Assembly (NCBI GenBank): GCA_964016885.1
Contig: OZ024756.1
Span: forward strand, 20,894,001-20,958,000
DNA from: Eledone cirrhosa
Taxonomy: Eukaryota
DNA: 64,000 bases
Direction: 5' to 3'
Under the pieces are notes generated by a model. That model was not told the origin of the DNA, searched no databases, and saw only the letters and a program-made list of their open reading frames with translations. How positions within the stretch are numbered: position 1 is the stretch's first letter; each line of letters opens with the position of its first letter. Positions 53,967 to 64,000 of the stretch are shown piece by piece. The position numbers and the translations under genes were made by a program.

Positions 53967-55805
53967 GAACAGATTAAAGTTTAAGCAAAGAATCACTGCT
54001 TTCACCCTTAACAGGACCTTCAGAAAATCCCGTTAAGGATGAAAGCAGCGATTCTTTGCTTAAACTTTAATCTGTTCTTATAATAAATATTTTCTCTACG
54101 GGTTTTTATATTTATATATAGTTTATATGTATATATATATCAACTAGAAATTCATTGACATATATATATATGTCAATCAATTTGTAGTTGATATAAAATG
54201 CTCAGATCTATTCATTGGAATCTTTGAGCATATTCTGCAGTGGACATGACACCCTTAATTTAATTTTGGATATACATATATATATATATATATAATCCTT
54301 ATTGAGTCCTCTTTTGATTTTAGTCTCCACATTTATTATTACTAATTATATATATATATGTACAGAGAGAGAGAGAGAGAGCGAGAGAGGGAGAGAGTGA
54401 GAGAGAGAGAGGGGGGAGAGAGAAAGAGAGATAGGAAATGCCTTCTAACGGATAAAGAAATGTGATTAATGTTGACCACGCCCTGACCTAGTAAGACTGA
54501 GAACCAACTCCCACCTGGTCAAATGTTCACCATTACAACCAACAATGTGTGAAAGTATGTCAGGATTGCAGGTAATATGTCAATGTCAATCTAGGTATGT
54601 TAGAACAGGTGTGGATATAAGGTTATCTTACTTCAATATGACAAGTTGGACAGGAATCTATAATTGTATGGGAGGGGAGGGGGGGGGGGCTGCTTTTTGA
54701 CACACATGCACATACATGCAGATACACACACACACACACACACACACACAAGCACATACTCAGACATACACAGACACACTCATGCATACACATGCATCTA
54801 TATATATATGTTTATATATATATGTTTACACCACACCCCACATATACATGAGTAGTTAAGTTCACTTCACAACAATCGTTGTTTTGGGCTTCAATTCCAC
54901 CACATGGGATCTTCAATAAGCAGGGCCGGACTTTTACCTACTGAGGCCCTTAGCTATATGAAATTTAGGACCCTTCTCTAAAAAAATATTTTTTTTACAT
55001 GCTTCGATAAATGTGCCATAGTACAGCAAAGCATAAATATACTGAGAGAGAAACTTGGCATAAGACGTATCAGATGCAATGTGCAGGACTGTACTGGTAT
55101 CGACATGTGATGCGTATCAAGGATGACAGCTGTATAAAAAGGTGCAGGGCGCTCTAAGTTAATGGTTGCTATAGAGTAGGAAGACTTGGGATGAGGTGAT
55201 AAAGGCTGACCTTGCACAATTGCACCTCTCAAAGGTGATGACGCAGAATCTACATTTGTTACATTATGTAGTAATGCAGAAGACCTGTCTCCCCATGTGC
55301 ACAGGCTGAAGCATATATCTAGTATACACCGCTTTCCCCTCCATTGCTAGTCCCACCCTAGATCAACCTCTCCAATCCCCCATGCACCTTCCCCACACCA
55401 GTGCGCAGTCCACAATGTAAGGTAGTTGTTTTTGGTGCTACAACAAAAAGCGCCCAGTCCATACTGTAAAGTGGTCATGTAGGTGACACAACAAAAAGTA
55501 CCCAGTCCACATGTAAATGTGGTTGGCCTTAGGAATGGCATCCATCCATAAAAACCAAGCCAGAAACAGTTCTGTATGAGCAAGACACAGTTATTTGGTC
55601 AGGCTTGTTAAACAATGGGACAATTCATGATGATAATGATGATAATGATGATCATGATGATATATAAATACATATATATATATATATAAACGTTAGAATA
55701 TGTGTAATAAGGCCAAGACAATGCAGATATGGACATAGAAAAAAGAATGCAATGGTGAGAGATATTGATGAGAATTCGTCTTTCACCTTGAATTTATTTA
55801 AATGT

Positions 55806-55840
55806 CCTTAATTTTCGAGATAATATCTCTTCTTCGGAGG
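55806..55840 (-). ncRNA. Minimal hammerhead-like motif with CCGAAGA core in the loop of fold-back 55685-55977
   Basis: CCT-CCGAAGA-aGAGATattATCTC-GAAA-AT-TA-AGG. Confidence 0.55.
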
Positions 55841-56016
55841 GAAGTAAAAGTCTCAGACCAGCGTCTAAATTTCCAATGAAGCCACGAATTCTCATCAATA
55901 TCTCTCACCATTGCATTCTTTTTTCTATGTCCATATCTGCATTGTCTTGGCCTTATTACACATATTCTAACGTTTATACCTCATTACACAATGCTTCAAG
56001 TGAACTATAACCTCCT

Positions 56017-56069
<53 letters not shown>

Positions 56070-56198
56070 TAAATTAAGGAAAGTTGGTTGATTGAAAATC
56101 TGCTGACTTTTTCATAACAGATGATAAGCACTCAATGGTTTATGTTTATCTGGAGTTTTATTATAATAATAAACATCTTGTTTATTATTATTATTATT

Positions 56199-57726
56199 GA
56201 AGGAATATGAAAGGTTGACAGGAGCCAAACTTAACCCGGAAAAGTCGGTGGGCTTGCAGCTTGGAACGTGGAGAGGAAAGCCCATGCCGTCCAACAGCGT
56301 CGTGGGTGCTGGACGGACGAACCGGTAAAGTTGCTCGGGGTTTGGTTTGGACCAGACCTCCAGGTGGAAAAGAATTGGGACGAGGTAACGAGCAGAGTAG
56401 CCAGTCTCACCCAAAAATGGGCTGGGAGGAAGCTATCACTGAAAGGTCGCGTGGAGGTGGCGAATGCGTACATCGCGTCCGTAATCTACTACCGCCTGAC
56501 CGTCGTGCCTTGCCCCTGTCCGCGCCTCGTCAAGTTGGAATGGCTCCTCTTCAAATTCTTGTGGAGAGGACAAGTTCTGTTGGTGAGGCGGTCCATCTGC
56601 TGCCAGCACCCTCTTCGCGGAGGGCTGGGCATGCCGTGGCTAATGATGCGCAGACATGCGTTGAGGCTGCGACATCTCCAGATATTCTGCCTCAACGGTG
56701 AACAGGTGTGGTTGCCGTTTATCAGACGGGCCTTTCCGCAGCTCATTTCTTTGACTGAGCTGCAGTCCTGGGTCAAGAAGAGACCGAAACTGGGTGACTG
56801 GCACCTGGAATGTTGCCAGGCACTCGCTGTCCTCTGCCAAGCGGGCAATGCGATCACTGGAACTTCCACTCTCGAGTTCTATAGAGGATTAGTGGTGGGC
56901 AAGTGCGATGACGCACTCGGAGAAGCTTTGGGCCTCGACGAAGTCGAACTGACCAGTCTGTACCGGAGGACTTTTGAGCCGAGGACGATGGACAATTTCC
57001 AGAAATCCCTCGCTTGGCAGTGCTACCGGGGGGCACTGCCGGTTCGGGATAAACTCTACAGGCACGGAAGTGCTGTCAGACGGACCTGCCCAAGATGCGC
57101 ACAGAACGACGAAACCATTCTGCATGCACTTGTCCAATGTCCGTGCATTACTGACTTGTGGAGTTATGTCGAACAGCTACTGTCACGTGTGGAACGAATC
57201 CGGCTATCGGCCGAGTCCATAGTGAAGATCGATCCACCGCCTTCCTTAGGTCAGGAAGAGCAGGAAATTTTCCTCTGTCTGGTGGCAGTTGCGAAAGAGG
57301 TTATATGGTGGACCAGGTTAAAAGGACTGAAGACAAGGAAGGTGAGGGTGGAGAGAGAAGTGCTGCCCCCCAGTACATTTGCTAAAAGGTGGATGAATGT
57401 GGCGAGAATGGCCCGTGTGAATGGGCCTACTCTGACCATGCGCCTATAGGCTAGCTAACTTGAGGAGAGGGGTGCTCTCCCTGGGTGCCCTAGAAGCGCA
57501 GGGTGGTTCAGGATTGGTGGGGTACCTGAGTCACCCCAGGGTTGTCCACCCCCTATAGGGGAATGTATTTTGTTATATTTATGCATACTTTATTTTATAT
57601 TTGTATATCTTCATTGTTAAATTAGTCTTGCCATTGTGCACTTTTACTCGATCTCATTGTAAACCCCCACTGTCCCTGTCTTTGTATTGTCCCCTACATG
57701 TCGGCCCTTGTGGCTAATAAATGAAA

Positions 57727-57762
<36 letters not shown>
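56199..57762 (+). mobile_element. 5'-truncated Tx1/L1-like LINE inserted in (ATT)n; 393-aa open frame 56268-57449 (RT C-terminus and zinc knuckle)
   Basis: PVKLLGVWF, WAGRKLSLKGRV, GGLGMP, GALPVRDKL and CPRC..DETILHALVQCP; 3' UTR ends GGCTAATAAATGAAAT followed by (ATT)n. Confidence 0.92.
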
Positions 57763-57765
<3 letters not shown>

Positions 57766-57766
57766 G

Positions 57767-57810
<44 letters not shown>

Positions 57811-57894
57811 AAAGGTAAACGGAAATAACAACACAATCGGTACAGTATACGGAAGGAATATATTAGGTTAACGCTTGAAATAGCAGGAAGAGGG

Positions 57895-57930
57895 TCTTAA
57901 CATTTCAGACGCTAGTCCTTCATCAGAAGA
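57895..57930 (-). ncRNA. Minimal PLE-type hammerhead ribozyme
   Basis: TCTT-CTGATGA-aGGACtagcGTCT-GAAATGTT-AAGA; stem III reads AATGTT, probably from an AACGTT palindrome. Confidence 0.7.
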
Positions 57931-58709
57931 AAGAATGAGAAATAAGATAGATTGAAGGGACGGGCGGGGTGGAATTGGAAAAAATGTCTTTAGATAAAAA
58001 TAACAGGTCCATTCATGTTGACATCTATATATACATATGTATATAACTATATATATATTTATATAATTTTTCGTGATTTAGTATTAAATAATAAAAACTA
58101 TTGATAAAATAAAATATATTTTAAAAACTGAGGCCCCTGAGGGTCTGTGGGCCTAAGCTATAGCTTATTTACCTTATAAGTAACTCAAGCACTGCGGATA
58201 AGTACATTCTACCATAGCCAATGCCTTGCAAGTGAAATTTGTTAGGCTGAAGATAGGAAGGTGACAAAGTACAAGCCACACTCTGATAGGTTCCTCATTC
58301 AACTAATAGAAGTAGAAGGATCTTGTATCTCGGCTCCACCAAACAGCCTTCCAGCTCATTTCAATTAGGATGGAAATGGCCCTGACCATCTGCGAGAAGG
58401 AATGCCATGAGTTGGACTGCCCCTTTCAGTATATCTCTCTTGCCACGCCCCAGAGTAACATACTAGCTATTCCATCCACTAGGACCACAAAGGAATCCAT
58501 TGACACAATCCCAGACATCATCTGGTTATTGAGTTGGGGTGGAGCTCGCCAAATCAGACCAAGGAAGCAATGTTCTATTGTTGATACTATCTACCAGCTA
58601 CAACTCTTAGCAGAAGGAGCAATGTGAAATAAAGTGTCTCGCTCAAGGATATAACACAAACAGTCATTCACTAATACCATTTTTTTTGCTGACCAAATTT
58701 ATTTTGTAG

Positions 58710-58792
58710 CAGAGCTAGCTGACATGGGGGGTTTAAAAAAAGCAATAATTTATATGGATAAAGATGGAAAGATGAAGCAGCATAAGAGATAA
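58710..58792 (+). CDS. Candidate orphan terminal coding exon, product unknown
   Basis: Branch-like GCTGAC, T-rich tract and TTTTGTAG acceptor, open frame ELADMGGLKKAIIYMDKDGKMKQHKR*, AATAAA at 58843; no upstream coding exon identified. Confidence 0.3.
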
Positions 58793-59619
58793 AATGTCTT
58801 TTCAACAGATCCTCTTTTTTATACATTCTGCTAACTCTTTCAAATAAATGAAATGTATATATGTGACCCCCCCCCCCCCAATCCACCCCCATCTCCACCC
58901 ACATCTCCTCTCCACCACTTCACATTAGCACAATCTTTCCTTTATCATAATGTTAAAGAATATAGGGAATGTGTTTGTGTATGTATGTATGTTTATATAT
59001 ATATATATGATTATATATGTGTGTTTATATATATATGTATGAGTGTATAAATGTGTATGTATGTATGTTTATATATATATATATGTATGATTATATATAT
59101 TTGTGTTTATATATATATATATGTGTGTTTATATATATATGTATGAGTGTATAAATGTGTATGTATGTATGTTTATATATATATATATGTATGATTATAT
59201 ATATTTGTGTTTATATATATATATATGTGTGTTTATATATATATGTATGAGTGTATAAATGTGTATGTATGTGTGTTTATATATATATGTATGAGTGTAT
59301 ACATGTGTATGTCATGTGTGTTTATGTTAATAAAGTCTCAGTAAAGAAGGCAGACAGACAGTTGTTGTTGTGAGCTGGTGTGCCATATTCCAAGGTGCCT
59401 GCCTATAGAGGAGGAATGCTGGTGGTTGATGGTTGGCAAGGGTGGGGGTGATATAGTGTGCTACAGGGTGGAAATATGCTTTGCCCCAAATTCCACTCAA
59501 GAATGTCAAAAATATAAATACAAAAATATTTGGTGGTGGTAGAGATAGTGATGCAGATGTTGTGATAAAAGGGTGTAGGTATTGTAGAACTATCTTGATT
59601 TGAAAAGAGAATTTATATA

Positions 59620-59664
<45 letters not shown>

Positions 59665-59684
59665 CCTGTGTGTGTGTGTGTGTA

Positions 59685-59724
<40 letters not shown>

Positions 59725-59788
59725 GTCATTAAGTATGAAATGTCCAATTTCAAATTGAAAGTGTATGAGGAAATTGAACATTTCATAC

Positions 59789-60238
59789 TTAACCCTTTAA
59801 TGTTCAAACAGGCCCAAACCGGCCAGAATTCTCTACCTCTTTCTGTTGAAACTGGCTGTAACTGGTCACTCAAACTGATGTTAAGGTATTGTTCTCAAAA
59901 TAGATACTTTCAAAATCTCATAGATTCGATATTATGTGAGATAATTATGCGAGGTAAAGCCTTTACCATGAAAATATAATAGTATATATAGAGTAATTGT
60001 TTCTACTTTTAGGCACAAGGCCAGCAATTACCCAGTGCATTACTGGTACTTTATTTTATCGACCCCGTAAGGATGAAAGGCAAAGTCAACCTCGGCGGGA
60101 TTTGAACTCAGATCGTAAAGGGACGTAACTATGCTGGAAAGCATGGCGTCCGACCCTCTACCGATACTGCCAATCCACCGCCCTTATATAGAGTATATAT
60201 AGAGTATATATAGAGTAATGTGAATGCTAAATGGTTAA
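59789..60238. mobile_element. piggyBac-like MITE with a full-length reverse SINE inserted (about 59995-60186)
   Basis: TTAACCCTTT...TGGTTAA ends; SINE flanked by duplicated TATATAGAGTA. Confidence 0.85.
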
Positions 60239-61589
60239 AGATGGAATTGGCAGAGTCGTTAGAACGTCGGATAAGAATGCTTTATGGTATTCATTCTGGC
60301 TCTCTGCTCTCAAATCCTGCCAAGGTCAACTTTGCCTTTCATCCTTTTGAGGTTGATAAAAAAAAGTACCAGTCTACTACTGGTGTTGATTCTTCTTCTA
60401 TGTCTCTTTCTAATTCCTTCTCTCTCACTTTCTATCTTTCTCTGGAAGAAATCTGCTGTAGTCAGGCCTGGAGAGGGTTAGGCTCCGCCAGGCTTAACAT
60501 GCCAAAGAAATGCTGTATATCAATACGGTGCCCCCACGACTCTATCAGGAGTTCCCGGGACCATACATACATCATCATCAACGTTTAACGTCCGTGTTCC
60601 ACGCTTGCATGGGTTTGGACGGGGGTATTCCCACTTGAGGCAAGAGTGATTGTCTTGCTCGCATAGGACTGTCTGGCAGGTTTTCTACAGCTGGATGCCC
60701 TTCCTAACACCAACCACATTTACAGTGTGGGTCTGGGAGGTTTTTACCGTGTTGCCTACACGGCCACATTACAGCGTGGACTGTCTGGCGGGTTTTCTAC
60801 AGTTGGATGCCCTTCCTAACACCAACCACATTTACAGTGTGGGGCTGGGAGGTTTTTACCGTGTTGCCTACACGGCCACATTACAGCGTGGACTGTGTGT
60901 TTTTTTGTCGTGACACCTACACGACCTCATTTGTTTCGGCCTGGATGGCGCGGCACCAACATAACTTTACATAGAACGGGGTGGTGTGGATGTATTTTGT
61001 TAGAGATGCCTACTGGCAAGGCGGGTCTTCTCTGTTACTGAGTACCGCCAAAGGTCTCGGTCCAGTGACATTGTCTTGGAGATACATATTATCATCACCA
61101 TCATCATCACCATTTAACGTCCATTTTTCCATGATTTAGACGAGATGTCTCATTGTGAGACGAGCCAGATTAGGTGACCGCGTCTTGCTCATACAGAACT
61201 GGTTTCTATGGTTGGACGCCCTTCCTAATGCCAACCACATTTGCAGTGAGTACTGGGTGCTTTTTATTGTGAAACCTACACGGCTCCTTTACAGTGGGGC
61301 TGCGTGCTTTTTGTTTTGATACCTGTATGACCACTTTATAGTGTGGGCTGGGTGCATTTTTTCGTGGCACCAGCACAACCACTTTACAGTGTGATCTATG
61401 TGTTTTTTGTCGTGGCAGCAAAAACAACCACTTTATAGTATGGACTAGGGGCTGGGGTGGGGGAAGTGAATGGGGATTGGAGATGTAGATCTAGTGGGGG
61501 TGTGTGGATGAAGGGTGGGGCGTTAGGAAGTGGGTGGAGTGCTAGGGTATGGAAGGGGGGGTACGGGGAAAATAGTCTGTATCAGATGC

Positions 61590-61965
61590 ATGCTTTCAAT
61601 CTGGAAAGGCATGTTTTCTCTATTACTCCAAAATGCCAGAGATCTCAATCCTGTGTCATCATATTTGAGAGGTGTAACTGTGCAAAGTCCCCTTTTATCC
61701 CCTCATCTTAAGTCTTCATAGGTCTTCCTACTCCATAGCTTTCATCAACTTTGAACGCCCCACATCTTTTTACACAGCTGTCATCCTTCATATACATCAC
61801 ATGGCCATACCAATGCAATCTCGTCTCTAGCATATGGCATCTGATTCCTCTTATGCCCAGTTTCTCTTTCAGTTCATTTATGCTTTGCCGCTCATTTATA
61901 TTACTAATACACATCCATTGAAGCTTGCCAGTTTCATTTCTTTCCAATGTCCAGGTCTCACTATT
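61590..61965 (-). mobile_element. RTE-like LINE 3' fragment (related plus-strand relic about 55000-55290)
   Basis: SETWTL...ELKEKLGIRGI...RLHWYGHV...GRPMKT. Confidence 0.8.
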
Positions 61966-62411
61966 TTTTGTTGAAATCCAGAATGAGGCCAGTCTTATCA
62001 GGGGAGATAATGAGTGTTTCAAATTAATTTAATGACATCAGCAGCAGTTAGTCTTTTGTTATATGGAACTTTAAGAGTGTTTTGGTTACAGTACAGTGTC
62101 CAGAATTAAAGTTTAACTAAGTGTGACTACATTCCATTGGAGATTTTGGGAGTTGTATGTATGGGTGAAGGTGAGAGGGTGGAATGAAACGGGAGGGAAT
62201 GTCAACAGCAAAGTACTGGAATCTCACAAAGCATTACTAAAGGCTTGGTGGCGGAATTAGAGCGTGACCATGATGGTATTTCCTTTGGATATGAATTTAA
62301 GTTAACTCTTTATTACATGAAAAGTACAAAACAACACCATGATTGCATTACATTCAAAATTGAAGTATTTACTTTAGTTTACTTCAAATTAAATACTTCT
62401 TTCTTCTTTTC

Positions 62412-62629
62412 TTAAACCCCTTAACCATATCCGACCAGAATTCTCTCACCTTTTTTTGTCCAAATCGGCTGAAACTGGCCACTCATACTGATTTTAGGGT
62501 ATTGTTCTCAAAGTGAATATCATCAAAATCTTGTAGACTCAAGATTTTGTGAGATAATTATGTGAGATAAAGCCTTTACTGTGAAAATACAATAGTATAT
62601 ATAGAGTAATATAAATGCTAAAGGGTTGA
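62412..62629. mobile_element. Degenerate piggyBac-like MITE copy
   Basis: Internal homology to 26706-26933; ends TTAAACCCCTT and GCTAAAGGGTTGA. Confidence 0.7.
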
Positions 62630-63704
62630 ACACACACACACACACGCAAATATATATATATGCACACACACACACACACACACATATATATACACACAAA
62701 TACATATCCACATTTGATGCACTGAGTTGACTGATTCTGTGTGAATGTGTATATAAATATACACACACAATACACACACAATACCAGACATAAACCATAA
62801 CCAATAATAATAATAACACTATTCACCCCCTGCCACTTCACACTAACAAACATACCACTCCTCTCTAACATAAGAACTACAACAATGGCTCTATTTTCCT
62901 GCTCTTTACCTTCTTCCATACTTACAACAACAACAACAACAACCAGCAATAACAGTTTGTATTCCCTCTTCTCTCCCTCATCACAATCTCTAGCACTGGA
63001 CAACAATACTATTACAACAGCCATCACTAGCAATCGAGTATGACATAGTAGTGTTTATTATGCTTTCCCTAAACATTGTAGGCACCCATCTGGCTGGTTG
63101 TTAACAGGCACAGATACAGGCACCCTCTTGAGCCCCCCTCTTGCTAAATATAGCAGGACATCCAGGATGTGAAAGCTAGAACAAGAGAGAGAAAAAGAGA
63201 GGGCTGCCTCAGCACTTGGCTGGTATTTTCTTTATAGGCCCCTAAAATGATGAAAAGCAAAGGGGCCCTCAGCAGACACAGACACTACCTTGACTCTCCC
63301 ATCTTTGATTGGGTAGACCATCCAGAATGTGACAACTGGAATGAGAGAGAAAGGGCTGCCCCAGCACTGAGCTGGTATTTTCTTTATAGACCCCCTAAAA
63401 TGACGAAAGGCAATGGGACCCTTAGCAGGCACAGACACTACCTTGATTCTCCCATTATTGATTTAGCAGACCATCCAGGATGTGACAGCTGGAATGAGAG
63501 GTGGGGGAGGATGATCCAGTACTGGGCTGGTACTTTCTTTATCGTTCCTGAAAGAATGAAGGGCTAAGTGGAGCTTCGTAGGATTTGAACACATACCCAA
63601 CACCCAACACACTAACAATTCTACCAAATTGTCCGCTTTCACTGTACAACAACATCAATAATAAAAAAAACATATTTCTATTTTATTTTTCACACACAAC
63701 ATAG

Positions 63705-64000
63705 ACAAAGCAGCCAAATCTCCCTCAATTCACACCCCACTGTCTTAAATAGCAGATAAATCTCCCCCAATTCACACACAACTATCTTAAATAGCAGCTA
63801 AATCTCCCCCAATTCACACACAACTATCTTAAATAGCAGCTAAATCTCCCTCAATCCATACCCCACTATCTTAAATAGCAGCTAAATCTCCCTCAATCCA
63901 CACCCTACTATCTTAAATAGCAGCTAAATCTCCCTCAATCCACACCCTACTGTCTTAAATAGCAGCTAAATCTCCCTCAATCCACACCCTACTGTCTTAA
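63705..64000. repeat. 42-bp minisatellite, truncated by the window end
   Basis: Unit AAATAGCAGCTAAATCTCCCTCAATCCACACCCTACTGTCTT at 63789, 63831 and 63873. Confidence 0.95.

Larger units (their letters stand above)
54921..58194. mobile_element. Probable hAT-type MITE split by about 3 kb of nested insertions
   Basis: Left end CAGGGCCGGA...GAGGCCC, right end GAGGCCCC...TCAAGCACTG; imperfect TSD TCAATAAG/CGGATAAG; an old SINE appears to continue across both flanks. Confidence 0.55.

Noticed and set aside
54480-54650. Cys-rich frame (CQCQS...NRCG) as a host exon
   Set aside because: Frameshifted with stops; at best a weak DNA-transposon relic.

Overview
Eukaryotic, repeat-saturated animal genomic DNA. 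The SINE repertoire and the extreme (TA)n/(GA)n/(TATG)n load suggest an octopod cephalopod; this is an inference and cannot be confirmed from the sequence alone. Most ORFs in the supplied track are microsatellite noise. One intact host gene is present: a three-exon, 98-aa type-1 cystatin (stefin/cystatin-B-like; exons 13851-13925, 20851-20952, 23572-23691) with the QVVAG motif, whose introns hold nested transposons. The rest is mobile-element debris: tRNA-derived SINEs, RTE, CR1/L2-like, Tx1-like and R4/Dong-like LINE fragments, a Penelope-like GIY-YIG element, a Buster-type hAT element with TIRs and TSD, hAT and piggyBac-like MITEs, a Helitron and several minisatellites, some apparently SINE-derived. 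The most striking feature is about 20 type-I hammerhead ribozyme motifs, found by manual folding and ranging from intact to degenerate. They belong to several sequence families, sit in short (TA)n-embedded fragments, and often occur as fold-back palindromes carrying a ribozyme on each strand. They include a recurrent CCGANGA core variant and a family with a very long stem II. They look like Penelope-like pseudo-LTR/retrozyme-type elements. No CRISPR array or prokaryotic system is supported.
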